Assembly (NCBI GenBank): GCA_038206875.1
Contig: JBBRAK010000002.1
Location: 12,333-76,332, forward strand
Length of the DNA stretch: 64,000 nt
Direction: 5' to 3'
Source: Candidatus Saccharimonadales bacterium
GTDB lineage: Bacteria; Patescibacteriota; Saccharimonadia; Saccharimonadales; JBBQAJ01
Below, in pieces: positions 8,829 through 17,144 of the stretch. The notes beneath the pieces are model-generated. The model saw only the letters and a program-made list of their open reading frames with translations. It was not told the origin of the DNA and ran no database searches. The first letter of the stretch is position 1, and the number at the start of each line of letters is the position of its first letter. The translations under genes and the position numbers were made by a program.

Positions 8829-9053
8829 CTACAACCCTTTGAACAATTGCTCTAATGTGATGTCTAGTGAATTAGCAATTTTATGGAGTGTTGAGAGCGT
8901 AGGCTTTCTGCGTCCTTGTTCAATATAGCCCATATGTGAGCGGTCTATGCCACTAGCTGAAGCGAGCTTTTCTTGGCTCATGCCTTTATCATTACGAGCC
9001 TTCACGATTCTCTTACCGATTTCAGCATAAACGTGGTCAATGGTTGATTTCAT
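8829..9053 (-). CDS. XRE/Cro-CI family transcriptional regulator
   Basis: 74-aa ORF with a classic HTH_3 pattern (MSQEKLASASGIDRSHMGYIEQGRRKPTLSTLHKIANSL). Confidence 0.85.
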   Translation of the reverse strand: MKSTIDHVYAEIGKRIVKARNDKGMSQEKLASASGIDRSHMGYIEQGRRKPTLSTLHKIANSLDITLEQLFKGL

Positions 9054-9078
9054 TAACCTAAGCGTATTGCTTACAAAA

Positions 9079-9124
9079 GTCAGTAACCACTGACAGATGT
9101 CAGCGAGTATGATATATTACTGAC
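9079..9124. promoter_or_regulatory. operator array between the XRE gene and the divergent DUF4352 gene
   Basis: Overlapping palindromes GTCAGT-aacc-ACTGAC (9079-9094) and CTGAC-agat-GTCAG (9090-9103). A further ACTGAC lies at 9119-9124. Confidence 0.55.
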
Positions 9125-9150
9125 AAATGTAATCAAGAGAGGTTTCCAGA

Positions 9151-9741
9151 ATGTCAGAAGAAAAGAAGAAGAAGAACTGGTTCGCAAAGCACAAGATACT
9201 AACCGTAATACTTGCGATTATCGTAATTGCAGTAGTAGCTAACGCTGCTGGTGGCGGTAGCAAGAGTAATAGCTCTACAAGTGGTGGTAGCGGTAATAGT
9301 GGTAGTGGCGAAAAGACATACAAGTTTAATGAGCGAGCCGACAAGCAACCAAAAGATGTAGAAGTATTGCCCGGCGAAACAGCAACCGTAAGTGGCGTTA
9401 AGATGACCTTATCGGGTGTAGAATACAAGACCGCTGTGAGCGACTATGAAAAAGCAGATGACGGTAAAACCTACGTTGTTGCTGACGTTACGCTTGAGAA
9501 CACTACTGATAAAACACAGTCGTATAACTCATTGTATTTTCGTATGCAGACCGCTGGTGGACAGGTGCTAGATAGCACGTTTGCTACTGTTCCTAGTCCG
9601 TTAAATTCTGGAGACATTGTAGCTGGCGGGAAAGTCACTGGTAAGGTGGTCTTTGAAGTACCAGTAGAAGACGGTCATCAGTACGTTATTTGGAAGCCGG
9701 GTGCTTACAATGCAGACCGTGCTATCGTTCAGGTAAAGTAG
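9151..9741 (+). CDS. DUF4352 domain membrane-anchored protein
   Basis: 196-aa ORF with an N-terminal TM, a Gly/Ser linker, then a DUF4352-like Ig domain (TYVVADVTLENTTDKTQSYNSLYF, GGKVTGKVVFEVP). Confidence 0.75.
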   Translation: MSEEKKKKNWFAKHKILTVILAIIVIAVVANAAGGGSKSNSSTSGGSGNSGSGEKTYKFNERADKQPKDVEVLPGETATVSGVKMTLSGVEYKTAVSDYEKADDGKTYVVADVTLENTTDKTQSYNSLYFRMQTAGGQVLDSTFATVPSPLNSGDIVAGGKVTGKVVFEVPVEDGHQYVIWKPGAYNADRAIVQVK

Positions 9742-9763
9742 TCAAGTTAATTTAGTAAAGTAA

Positions 9764-9788
9764 GGGGCGGCAGCTGTCGCCCCTTTTT
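9764..9788 (+). terminator. rho-independent terminator
   Basis: GGGGCG (9764-9769) / CGCCCC (9778-9783), 8-nt loop, followed by TTTTT (9784-9788). Confidence 0.8.
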
Positions 9789-9867
9789 CTTAGTTGACGT
9801 TTATTGCTTATGCTTGTGTTGCTTATTTGTTAATTATATAATCTAGGTAATTATTTAAGGAGTTAGC

Positions 9868-10872
9868 GTGTCAGCCGAAATACTAAGCCAATATAGCGAC
9901 TCGCCAGAAGCATACAATCCTCTAGCGAACCACCCAGACCCAGAGCAACTAGTTCTAAATAGCTTAAATCAAGGTACAGTCCTTGCGGGACGTGAGAAGC
10001 CATTTACTTGGGAGTTAGATAACATAACTTCCGAGGGTGCGTTACACCGTTATCGTGCGGAAGTAGAAGTAGAAGCACTCATTAACCTTGCAGAACGTGG
10101 ACCAGTGGATATTGAGATGAGTAGTGCCGACAAGCTCGTTCTCCGCAGCTTGTATGATGAAGACCACTTTGACCCAGACACAGTTATTCGGCTTGACCAC
10201 TTGGGTTATAAGGGTCAGCCACCATTAGAACATGACGTAAAAGCGGTGGAAGTTTATCTTGCGGAACAGTTGGACGAATATAGCCTAGGACATCTAAAAG
10301 AATGGGTTCACTTTGGTATGACTTCGGAAGATACTAATAATCTTGCTTACAACCTCATGCTTCGTGACGCTGCGAATAAAGTTATTGTTCCTTCTGTTAC
10401 ACGTGTTGCTGACCGTTTAGCTCACCTAGCAACTGTTTATGCAGATACCCCTACACTTGGTGTTACTCACGCTCAAAAAGCTTCACCGACTACCGTTGGT
10501 AAGCAGTTTGGTTACTTGCTGGCAAACATTACTAAAGTATCGGAAGAATTAGACGGTAAGCGTTTGAGCGGTAAGTTCAGTGGTGCTGTTGGCAATCACA
10601 ACCCAATGACCGTATTGTTCCCAGAGTTTGACTATGACGAATACTCAAAAGACTTCGTTGAGGGCATGGGCTTTACCTATGCTTCTGTTGAGAACCAGCG
10701 AAACGACCACCTTGCAGTAACCGATTTGCTATCAATCGTTTCTAGACTTGCGTTGGTAGGTAAAGACGCTACTGATAATGTTTGGTTGCAGATACTAGGC
10801 AACAAGCTAACACAACGACTTGTAGCTGGCGAAAAAGGCTCATCTACCATGTCTCACAAAATTAACCCTTAG
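9868..10872 (+). CDS. adenylosuccinate-lyase-like protein, N-terminal part ending at in-frame TAG
   Basis: GTG start with AAGGAG at 9857-9862. Fumarate-lyase family motifs present: HDVKAVE, TSEDTNNL, THAQKASPTTVGK, GAVGNHN, GSSTMSHKINP. The ORF stops immediately after the signature. Confidence 0.75.
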   Translation: MSAEILSQYSDSPEAYNPLANHPDPEQLVLNSLNQGTVLAGREKPFTWELDNITSEGALHRYRAEVEVEALINLAERGPVDIEMSSADKLVLRSLYDEDHFDPDTVIRLDHLGYKGQPPLEHDVKAVEVYLAEQLDEYSLGHLKEWVHFGMTSEDTNNLAYNLMLRDAANKVIVPSVTRVADRLAHLATVYADTPTLGVTHAQKASPTTVGKQFGYLLANITKVSEELDGKRLSGKFSGAVGNHNPMTVLFPEFDYDEYSKDFVEGMGFTYASVENQRNDHLAVTDLLSIVSRLALVGKDATDNVWLQILGNKLTQRLVAGEKGSSTMSHKINP

Positions 10873-10917
10873 AGATTAGAGAACGCTGAATCCCTCTTTG
10901 GACAAGCGATTGCTTTA

Positions 10918-12039
10918 ATGAGTCGTGCACCAGAGGGGCTTGTAGCAAGCCGTCACGAAAGAGACTTATCAGACCACGGCTGGCAGCGTGCCTACGGTGA
11001 TATGATTGGGCGAGTTGTTGCTGGCTTTAATTACTTCGCAGTTCAGCTTGACCGACTTGCTGTTGACGAAGACGGTGCTAGAGAAACACTGAACCAGTCT
11101 GCTGAAGTTTTGAGTGAGTTAGTTCAGACTGCTGGGCGTGTATCAGGGGATCCAGACGCTTATGACAAGGTGGTTACACTAACTCAGGGCAAGAAACTTG
11201 ACCTAGCGGGTATTCGTGAGGTTATTGACGAAGCCTTGCCTGACGGTGAATTAAAAGACCGTGTTGCTGCTGTTACGCCAGATATGTATGTCGGTGTTGC
11301 TGGCGAGAAAGCCCGTGAAGCGGTGCTGGGCTGGCACGCAGCAAAGTTGATTCTAAGACGTGGCGTGCTTGATGAGTCAACAAGTATTGACGCAGTATTG
11401 TTTGACCTTGACGATACGCTTCACTTCGGAGTTAAAGATGAGGTCATTGCAAAGCTAACGCACATATTTGGTGAGTTTGAATCTGGCTTTTCAGAAGAAG
11501 AAATCAAAGATTACTCCAAGATACACGACTTCAGTAAAATGGTTGAAGCAATGGTTGCTGAACACAATGTTCGTAGCTCAACAAAGCTAACAGTTGATGA
11601 CTTTATGACGGCTAACGGTAGAGTTACTGGTAGCTTTGACCATATGTTTTACGCACCAACAGAATCAAAAGAAGTTATTCAGACAGTGCGTGAAAGCGGT
11701 AAAGTGACGGGACTTGTCACAACGAGGGGTCCAGTATCGCTAGGTCGTGTGCTTGATTTGCACGGCTTTAGTGATTCGTTTGATGTGATAATTGGCGGTG
11801 GAGATGTAAAGAGGCGTAAGCCACACCCAGAACCATTAGCAATAGCACTCGGCAAGCTTGGAATTAACCCAGAACGTAGTATGTATGTGGGCGATGACCA
11901 AGACGCTGATGTTGGTGCTGCCATGGCTCTAGGAATGAAAACTGCTTTAGTTGGTGAAACTCCTCCAGACCCATACGGTCCAAAGCCAACTTATCATTGG
12001 AAAGACTTGCAACCACTCGCAAGGCTATACGCCCGATGA
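10918..12039 (+). CDS. C-terminal part of the same lyase fused to a HAD phosphatase domain
   Basis: Same frame as 9868-10872, and codons 10873-10917 are also open. Lyase C-terminal motifs SRHERDLSDH and LTQGKKLD. HAD motifs DLDDT, TTRG, KRRKPHPEP, GDDQDAD. Confidence 0.75.
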   Translation: MSRAPEGLVASRHERDLSDHGWQRAYGDMIGRVVAGFNYFAVQLDRLAVDEDGARETLNQSAEVLSELVQTAGRVSGDPDAYDKVVTLTQGKKLDLAGIREVIDEALPDGELKDRVAAVTPDMYVGVAGEKAREAVLGWHAAKLILRRGVLDESTSIDAVLFDLDDTLHFGVKDEVIAKLTHIFGEFESGFSEEEIKDYSKIHDFSKMVEAMVAEHNVRSSTKLTVDDFMTANGRVTGSFDHMFYAPTESKEVIQTVRESGKVTGLVTTRGPVSLGRVLDLHGFSDSFDVIIGGGDVKRRKPHPEPLAIALGKLGINPERSMYVGDDQDADVGAAMALGMKTALVGETPPDPYGPKPTYHWKDLQPLARLYAR

Positions 12040-12605
12040 TTCACAAGATACCCATTTCTGGCGGACCATGCACAGGTAAAACAACGCTTGTAGAAGCATT
12101 ACATGAACGCTTTCCCGACGCTTACTTTGTTGATGAGCCAGCCACACGAGTTATAGAACGTGAGCTTGATTTTGAATCAAGACATGATGATTATGAACCA
12201 AAAGTTCCATGGCTCGACTACCCTAACTTTGCCCCAATGGCAATTGCAGAGTCAATTGCACTTGAGGACTCAATTCCTTACGAGGCTGGTGTGACATTTC
12301 TAGACCGTAGCCTAGTTGATAACATTGCCTATGGTCGTATTAACGGCTTTGAGGACTTAATACCCGATGTGCAGCTTAGAATATGGCTTGCACGCTATAG
12401 CTTTGCACTAATTTGCCAACCACTTGAACAGTACCTAGCAACAGAAGTAAGACGGGAAACAGCAGAAGAAGCACTGTTCACACACGCAGCCATTGAAGAA
12501 GCATACAGAGAATCCGAACTGGAAGTCGTTACCTTACCGCCAGTGAGCGTTGCCGACAGATTGTCATTGGTAGAGATTGCACTGCAAGAACGTGGACTAC
12601 TTTAG
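12036..12605 (+). CDS. AAA_28/NadR-kinase-like P-loop NTPase
   Basis: Start chosen at ATG 12036, which overlaps the upstream TGA (ATGA). Walker A is ISGGPCTGKTTL. Overall pattern matches AAA_28 ATPases. Confidence 0.65.
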   Translation: MIHKIPISGGPCTGKTTLVEALHERFPDAYFVDEPATRVIERELDFESRHDDYEPKVPWLDYPNFAPMAIAESIALEDSIPYEAGVTFLDRSLVDNIAYGRINGFEDLIPDVQLRIWLARYSFALICQPLEQYLATEVRRETAEEALFTHAAIEEAYRESELEVVTLPPVSVADRLSLVEIALQERGLL

Positions 12606-12894
12606 TACATCAAAAAACAATGAGATTATAAATGGCTTTTTTGTATTGTGAGTTTGTATCGTACTTTACGCCTGATTTGGCAAAGGCGACTTTCTAACTC
12701 GCAAGGCTCTTTTCGTCTAAATCTATAGTCGTACACACTATTATATTCTGCAATGGGGGATACTAGTGACTACTTAGCAAGCTGTAACTGATTACCGCCT
12801 AGGTTCATTCCCTTGAGTAGCTCGTTCCATCTAATGATTTCCGCCACTATAACCTTATAAACCGATAGGGGTAGGGTCACCATTATCGCAAATC

Positions 12895-14388
12895 ATGAAA
12901 CCAACTATTGCAGGGAATAACCATAACAGGTTAGAATATATGCAAATGGTGGAAACTACTAACAGGGTACCAAATGTACCACTTGCTAAATTTAAACGAA
13001 CCAAGATAATTGCTACACTTGGTCCTGCAACAGACAGCTACGACTCGGTGCTACAACTCATCAAAGCCGGTGCAAATGGAATAAGGCTTAATTTTAGTCA
13101 TGGTAACCCCGAAGAACGGGTCAAACACATAAAATGGATTCGAAAGGCTGCGGCCGAATACGGCAAACCAATTGCGATAATTCAAGATTTGCAAGGACCC
13201 AAAATACGTCTAGGCGATTTTGACAGTATAATAAATGTTCAAAAAGGCCAATCTCTAAGATTTGGTTACAACGCCAACTTTTCAGACGATGGGGTACTTC
13301 CAACCCAGTATGATTTGAGCCAAAAAGTAAAAAGAGGCGAGCGACTATATCTGTACGATGGACACGTAAAAACCACGATTACTAGTGTCAAAGACGGGAT
13401 AGTTCACGCAACGGCCGAAAACGAGGGCATTCTCATAAAAAGAAAAGGCATAAACCTGCCAGACACGAATTTTGAAGGCGATGTTATAACCAAAAAAGAC
13501 AAAACAGATTTGGCATTTGGTTCAGAGCATGACATTGATTATGTAGCTCAAAGTTTTGTCCAGTCGGCTAGCGACATCCGTAGTATGCGCCGAATAATGA
13601 ACAACCTGGGGATGAATGCAAAGCTTATAGTAAAATTTGAAACCAAATCAGCAGTCGAACACATGGAGGAGATAGTCAAAGAATCAGATGTAATCATGAT
13701 TGCGCGGGGAGACTTGGCAGTAGAAGTGCCAGCGGAATCCGTTCCTGTTTTGCAAAGACAATTAGTAGGACTTGGTATCAAATATTCCAAACCCACGATT
13801 GTAGCAACCCAAATGCTGTTTAGTATGGCAGAAGCATCCGAACCAACTCGCGCCGAAGTTTCAGACGTGGCAACAGCTGTAATAATTGGCGCTGATTGTG
13901 TGATGCTGAGTGAAGAGACGGCAATCGGTAAATACCCCATAAAATCTGTCGAAACCATGAAAAAAGTAATCCTTTATACTCAAGCAAATTCACCGCTAAG
14001 AGCAATTTACTACAACGATGAAGAATCCATAAAAACCAAACAGTCTGCTATTTCGCAGGCTGTTATGAATTTGGCAGATAACTTGCAGGCAAAAGCGATT
14101 GTTGCAGAAACAAAGTCTGGCGAAACCGCCCTACAGTTGGTGTCTAGAAGACCAAGCCAACCAATTGTTGCAGTAACCTCTGTAAATAGAGTTGCACAAC
14201 AACTGGCAATTGTATATGGTGTAAAAAGTTATGTACGACCAGATGACAAAATGGCAGCGACCAAACTTACAAACTGGCTACTTCAGAGCAAAGTACTCAA
14301 AAAAGGCGACATGATTGTCACAGCTTCTGGGCAATATCCTGGCGTAGTAGGAACTACAGATACTATTAAAATTCGGGTGTTAAAATAA
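12895..14388 (+). CDS. pyk: pyruvate kinase
   Basis: Motifs KIIATLGPAT, NFSHG, DLQGPKIR, MIARGDLAVE. The true start may be M16 or M18 (12940 or 12946). Confidence 0.9.
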   Translation: MKPTIAGNNHNRLEYMQMVETTNRVPNVPLAKFKRTKIIATLGPATDSYDSVLQLIKAGANGIRLNFSHGNPEERVKHIKWIRKAAAEYGKPIAIIQDLQGPKIRLGDFDSIINVQKGQSLRFGYNANFSDDGVLPTQYDLSQKVKRGERLYLYDGHVKTTITSVKDGIVHATAENEGILIKRKGINLPDTNFEGDVITKKDKTDLAFGSEHDIDYVAQSFVQSASDIRSMRRIMNNLGMNAKLIVKFETKSAVEHMEEIVKESDVIMIARGDLAVEVPAESVPVLQRQLVGLGIKYSKPTIVATQMLFSMAEASEPTRAEVSDVATAVIIGADCVMLSEETAIGKYPIKSVETMKKVILYTQANSPLRAIYYNDEESIKTKQSAISQAVMNLADNLQAKAIVAETKSGETALQLVSRRPSQPIVAVTSVNRVAQQLAIVYGVKSYVRPDDKMAATKLTNWLLQSKVLKKGDMIVTASGQYPGVVGTTDTIKIRVLK

Positions 14389-14412
14389 TGCAACATATAA
14401 GGGTTAGAAAAT

Positions 14413-15720
14413 TTGAGTTTTGATAAGAAAACTATCCACGACATTGATTTGCAGGGCAAACGTGTTCTTCTGCGAGTTGACTACAATGTACCGTTAGACA
14501 GTAGCGGCCATATTACAGACGACTATAGGATAAAAAAATCCTTGCCTACAATCCAGTATTTGTTAGAAAGAAGTGCCAAAATCATCATCTGTTCACATTT
14601 GGGACGGCCGGAAGGCAAAGTAGACAAAAAATACAGCCTGAAGCCGTGTGCTGAGCGTCTAGGAAAACTCCTGGACAAACCAGTTAAGTTTCTGGAAGAT
14701 TGTGTCGGTAGCGAAGTTGAGCAATATATAAAAGGCGTAGAACCTTCCAGTATTACGTTACTTGAAAATGTACGCTTTCACCCAGAAGAAGAGTCAAATG
14801 ACGCAGGCTTTGCCAAAGCGCTGTCGTCTTACGCAGACATTTTTGTGCAAGATGCGTTTGGAGTAGTTCATCACCCGGCAGTTTCTGTAACTGAGATACC
14901 CAAGCACATGCCAGCGGTTGCCGGTTTGCTAGTGGAAAATGAAGTAGACACAATATCTGAAGTCATGGATAACCCAAAACGACCGCTTATGGCCATAATT
15001 GGTGGCGCCAAAATAAGTGACAAGCTAGATATCATAAACCGGTTTATAGATATTGCGGATTTTGTTGCTATTGGTGGCGCTATGGCAAATACATTTTTGC
15101 TAGCAGAAGGAATAAAAATCGGCAAAAGTTTGGCGGAACCGGATGCAATTCCGCTTGCAAAGAAAATTATAGAGAGAGCGCGGGCCAAAGCCAAAAAAAA
15201 GCGATTTACATTTTACTTGCCTCAAGATGGTGTGGTCGCAACCGATATTTCTAAAACTGCCAAAACCCGGATTGTGGATTGGGACGCACATGTTATAGCT
15301 CAGGAGGAAAACTATCCAAAACAACCACCCCGTAGGTCTGCTTACGTGCTGGGCGATGAACTCATTTTGGACATAGGACCTTTCACGGGTGCATTTATAG
15401 CTGGGGCCATGCAACAGTGCAACACAGTTATATGGAACGGCGCCATGGGCGTAACTGAAGTTCCGGCGTTGATTGGGCCAGTTGGACCTTTTTCGCACGG
15501 AACAGACTTGATTGTGGATTCAATGTTAGGTGAATATGGGCAAAAACCGTTTACAGTTTTAGGTGGGGGAGACACCGTCGGGTATATTGAAGCCCTGAAG
15601 CTTACTGACATGTTTAATCATGTTTCAACTGGTGGCGGAGCTAGTATGGAGCTCATGAGCGGTAAAAAATTACCAGGAGTAGAGGCGCTCCTCAATAAGG
15701 TTAACAAAGTGGTACAATAA
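14413..15720 (+). CDS. pgk: phosphoglycerate kinase
   Basis: TTG start. Motifs RVDYNVPLD and CSHLGRP, full length 435 aa. Confidence 0.92.
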   Translation: MSFDKKTIHDIDLQGKRVLLRVDYNVPLDSSGHITDDYRIKKSLPTIQYLLERSAKIIICSHLGRPEGKVDKKYSLKPCAERLGKLLDKPVKFLEDCVGSEVEQYIKGVEPSSITLLENVRFHPEEESNDAGFAKALSSYADIFVQDAFGVVHHPAVSVTEIPKHMPAVAGLLVENEVDTISEVMDNPKRPLMAIIGGAKISDKLDIINRFIDIADFVAIGGAMANTFLLAEGIKIGKSLAEPDAIPLAKKIIERARAKAKKKRFTFYLPQDGVVATDISKTAKTRIVDWDAHVIAQEENYPKQPPRRSAYVLGDELILDIGPFTGAFIAGAMQQCNTVIWNGAMGVTEVPALIGPVGPFSHGTDLIVDSMLGEYGQKPFTVLGGGDTVGYIEALKLTDMFNHVSTGGGASMELMSGKKLPGVEALLNKVNKVVQ

Positions 15721-15731
15721 GCATAACAGTT

Positions 15732-16529
15732 ATGAAAAGAACACTAATAGTCGGAAACTGGAAAATGAATCTAACTGTCCACGAGGCCAGCATACTGGTA
15801 CACCGTCTGACAGAACGAATTCGAATCCATCGTGATATTGAGCTAGTTCTAGCTCCCAGCCTAGTATGCTTGCAACCAATATTTATGCAGATTGACCAAA
15901 GAAAGTTTGGGCTTGCGGCGCAAAATGCCTACCACGTAGACGAAGGCAACTACACTGGAGAGGTTAGTTTTAGTATGCTCAGAGGACTGGTAGATTATGT
16001 AATTGTTGGTCATTCTGACAGACGGCACAAATTTGATGAAAGTCTAGAAACGGTCCGAGACAAGGTAGCAGCAAGCGTGCGAAATAAAATTGTACCTATT
16101 CTATGCGTCGGAGAAACCAAACACGAACGTCTAGAGGGCGAAACTATGCAAGTATTACACGACCAAGTTACCACCGCTCTTAGTAACCTGACAGAAGAAG
16201 AAGTAGAAAAAATTGTTATTGCGTATGAGCCAGTTTGGGCACTGAGCAATGGCAGAGATTTTTCCCATCACGAAATCCCAACGCCAGATATCATAGCAAA
16301 AGCCATAGGCTCAATTCGCAACAACATTCGACATCTTTATGGTAAAAAGGTTTCAGAAAACATACGCGTGCTATATGGGGGTAGCTCAAGCACTTCTACT
16401 GCACATGGTCTGCTTTCAACGGATGGCGTGGATGGTCTGCTAGTCGGAGGAGCGAGCCTGAACTACCATGAATTTAGTGGCATCGTCGAGGCAGCTTACA
16501 GAGTGAGTCATGAAACAGAAGAAAAGTAA
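15732..16529 (+). CDS. tpiA: triosephosphate isomerase
   Basis: Motifs GNWKMN, GHSDRR, AYEPVWA. Confidence 0.92.
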   Translation: MKRTLIVGNWKMNLTVHEASILVHRLTERIRIHRDIELVLAPSLVCLQPIFMQIDQRKFGLAAQNAYHVDEGNYTGEVSFSMLRGLVDYVIVGHSDRRHKFDESLETVRDKVAASVRNKIVPILCVGETKHERLEGETMQVLHDQVTTALSNLTEEEVEKIVIAYEPVWALSNGRDFSHHEIPTPDIIAKAIGSIRNNIRHLYGKKVSENIRVLYGGSSSTSTAHGLLSTDGVDGLLVGGASLNYHEFSGIVEAAYRVSHETEEK

Positions 16530-17127
16530 AATGTCCTCAAAAAAAGATACGGCAAAAACCATGGACGTATCAAAACCTGGCAAATCTACACCCGACGCTT
16601 CCTCACGCCCAGTAATAGTTACGAATCGTTCTATGGTTCAGGATCCAACCCTAACAGACCGGTTCAAGGAAGACAACTCAAAGCCTACCGAGGCAACAGT
16701 TGCGCGTGGAACAAAAACTATCAGCCCACCCAATAAATCTAGCGACGACGATACGCCAAATTCCTATACTTCAAATTCATCAGAGAACCACAAAACTGAA
16801 CCGACACTACACAGGAAACCAGACATTCAGAAAGACCAATCCAAAGAAGCTGCGGTTGTCGAAGCTGTAGCTGACCAAGCTACCGAAGACAAGAAAAAGT
16901 TAAACAAAGAAAACGACGCAGATATTGCCAGAAAAGCCAAACTGGAAAAACTTATTGCGGACAAGAAATACTTCGTCCCGATTGGTCAGGTCTTGCGTCG
17001 ACGCAATCGCCGAGCGCTGATTGTTTTTTTAGTTGTACTAATCATTCTAGTTGGTGGATATCTTGTAGTAGATGCAGGACTCATAAAAACATCCATAGTA
17101 CTACCGTTCGATTTTATAAAAACTTAG
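16510..17127 (+). CDS. hypothetical protein with disordered N-terminal region and C-terminal TM anchor
   Basis: 205-aa ORF (alternative start ATG 16531, right after the tpiA stop). Lys/Ser/Asp-rich, with a single C-terminal TM (ALIVFLVVLIILVGGYLVV). Confidence 0.55.
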   Translation: MKQKKSKMSSKKDTAKTMDVSKPGKSTPDASSRPVIVTNRSMVQDPTLTDRFKEDNSKPTEATVARGTKTISPPNKSSDDDTPNSYTSNSSENHKTEPTLHRKPDIQKDQSKEAAVVEAVADQATEDKKKLNKENDADIARKAKLEKLIADKKYFVPIGQVLRRRNRRALIVFLVVLIILVGGYLVVDAGLIKTSIVLPFDFIKT

Positions 17128-17144
17128 TCTGCTAAAATAATTGA

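Larger units (their letters stand above)
4068..12883. mobile_element. integrative element (degraded prophage-like) inserted at the 3' end of tRNA-Glu
   Basis: A large serine recombinase abuts and overlaps the tRNA. The element has phage-type regulators and opposite-strand genes within an otherwise plus-strand region. TCACCAT at 4103-4109 recurs at 12877-12883. The right boundary is tentative. Confidence 0.6.

Noticed and set aside
9868-12605. Reassignment of TAG to an amino acid (alternative-code phage or element) as the explanation for the in-frame TAG in the PurB-like gene.
   Set aside because: TAG terminates neighbouring element genes at sensible positions: 9739-9741 (DUF4352), 12603-12605 (AAA_28) and 6896-6898. 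Wholesale recoding is therefore unlikely. A point mutation, sequencing error or local read-through remain possible.
12713-12720. The 8-mer TCGTCTAA shared with the tRNA-Glu D-arm region. I considered it as an att core.
   Set aside because: I estimated about 0.3 chance matches of an 8-mer between a 75-nt tRNA and a 290-bp spacer. Flanking similarity is poor.
12799-12823. A tRNA-like T-arm plus acceptor fragment (CTAGG-TTCATTC-CCTTG-AGTAGCT) near the putative right end of the element. It could be a displaced tRNA 3' end.
   Set aside because: It cannot be extended to a cloverleaf. The stem has a mismatch, and the acceptor strand does not complement the tRNA-Glu 5' end. It may be chance or an old scar, so I did not call it.
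16510-17127. SecG, on the basis of the common tpiA-secG synteny.
   Set aside because: The protein is 205 aa, mostly disordered and polar, with a single C-terminal TM. That does not resemble the ~75-aa two-TM SecG.
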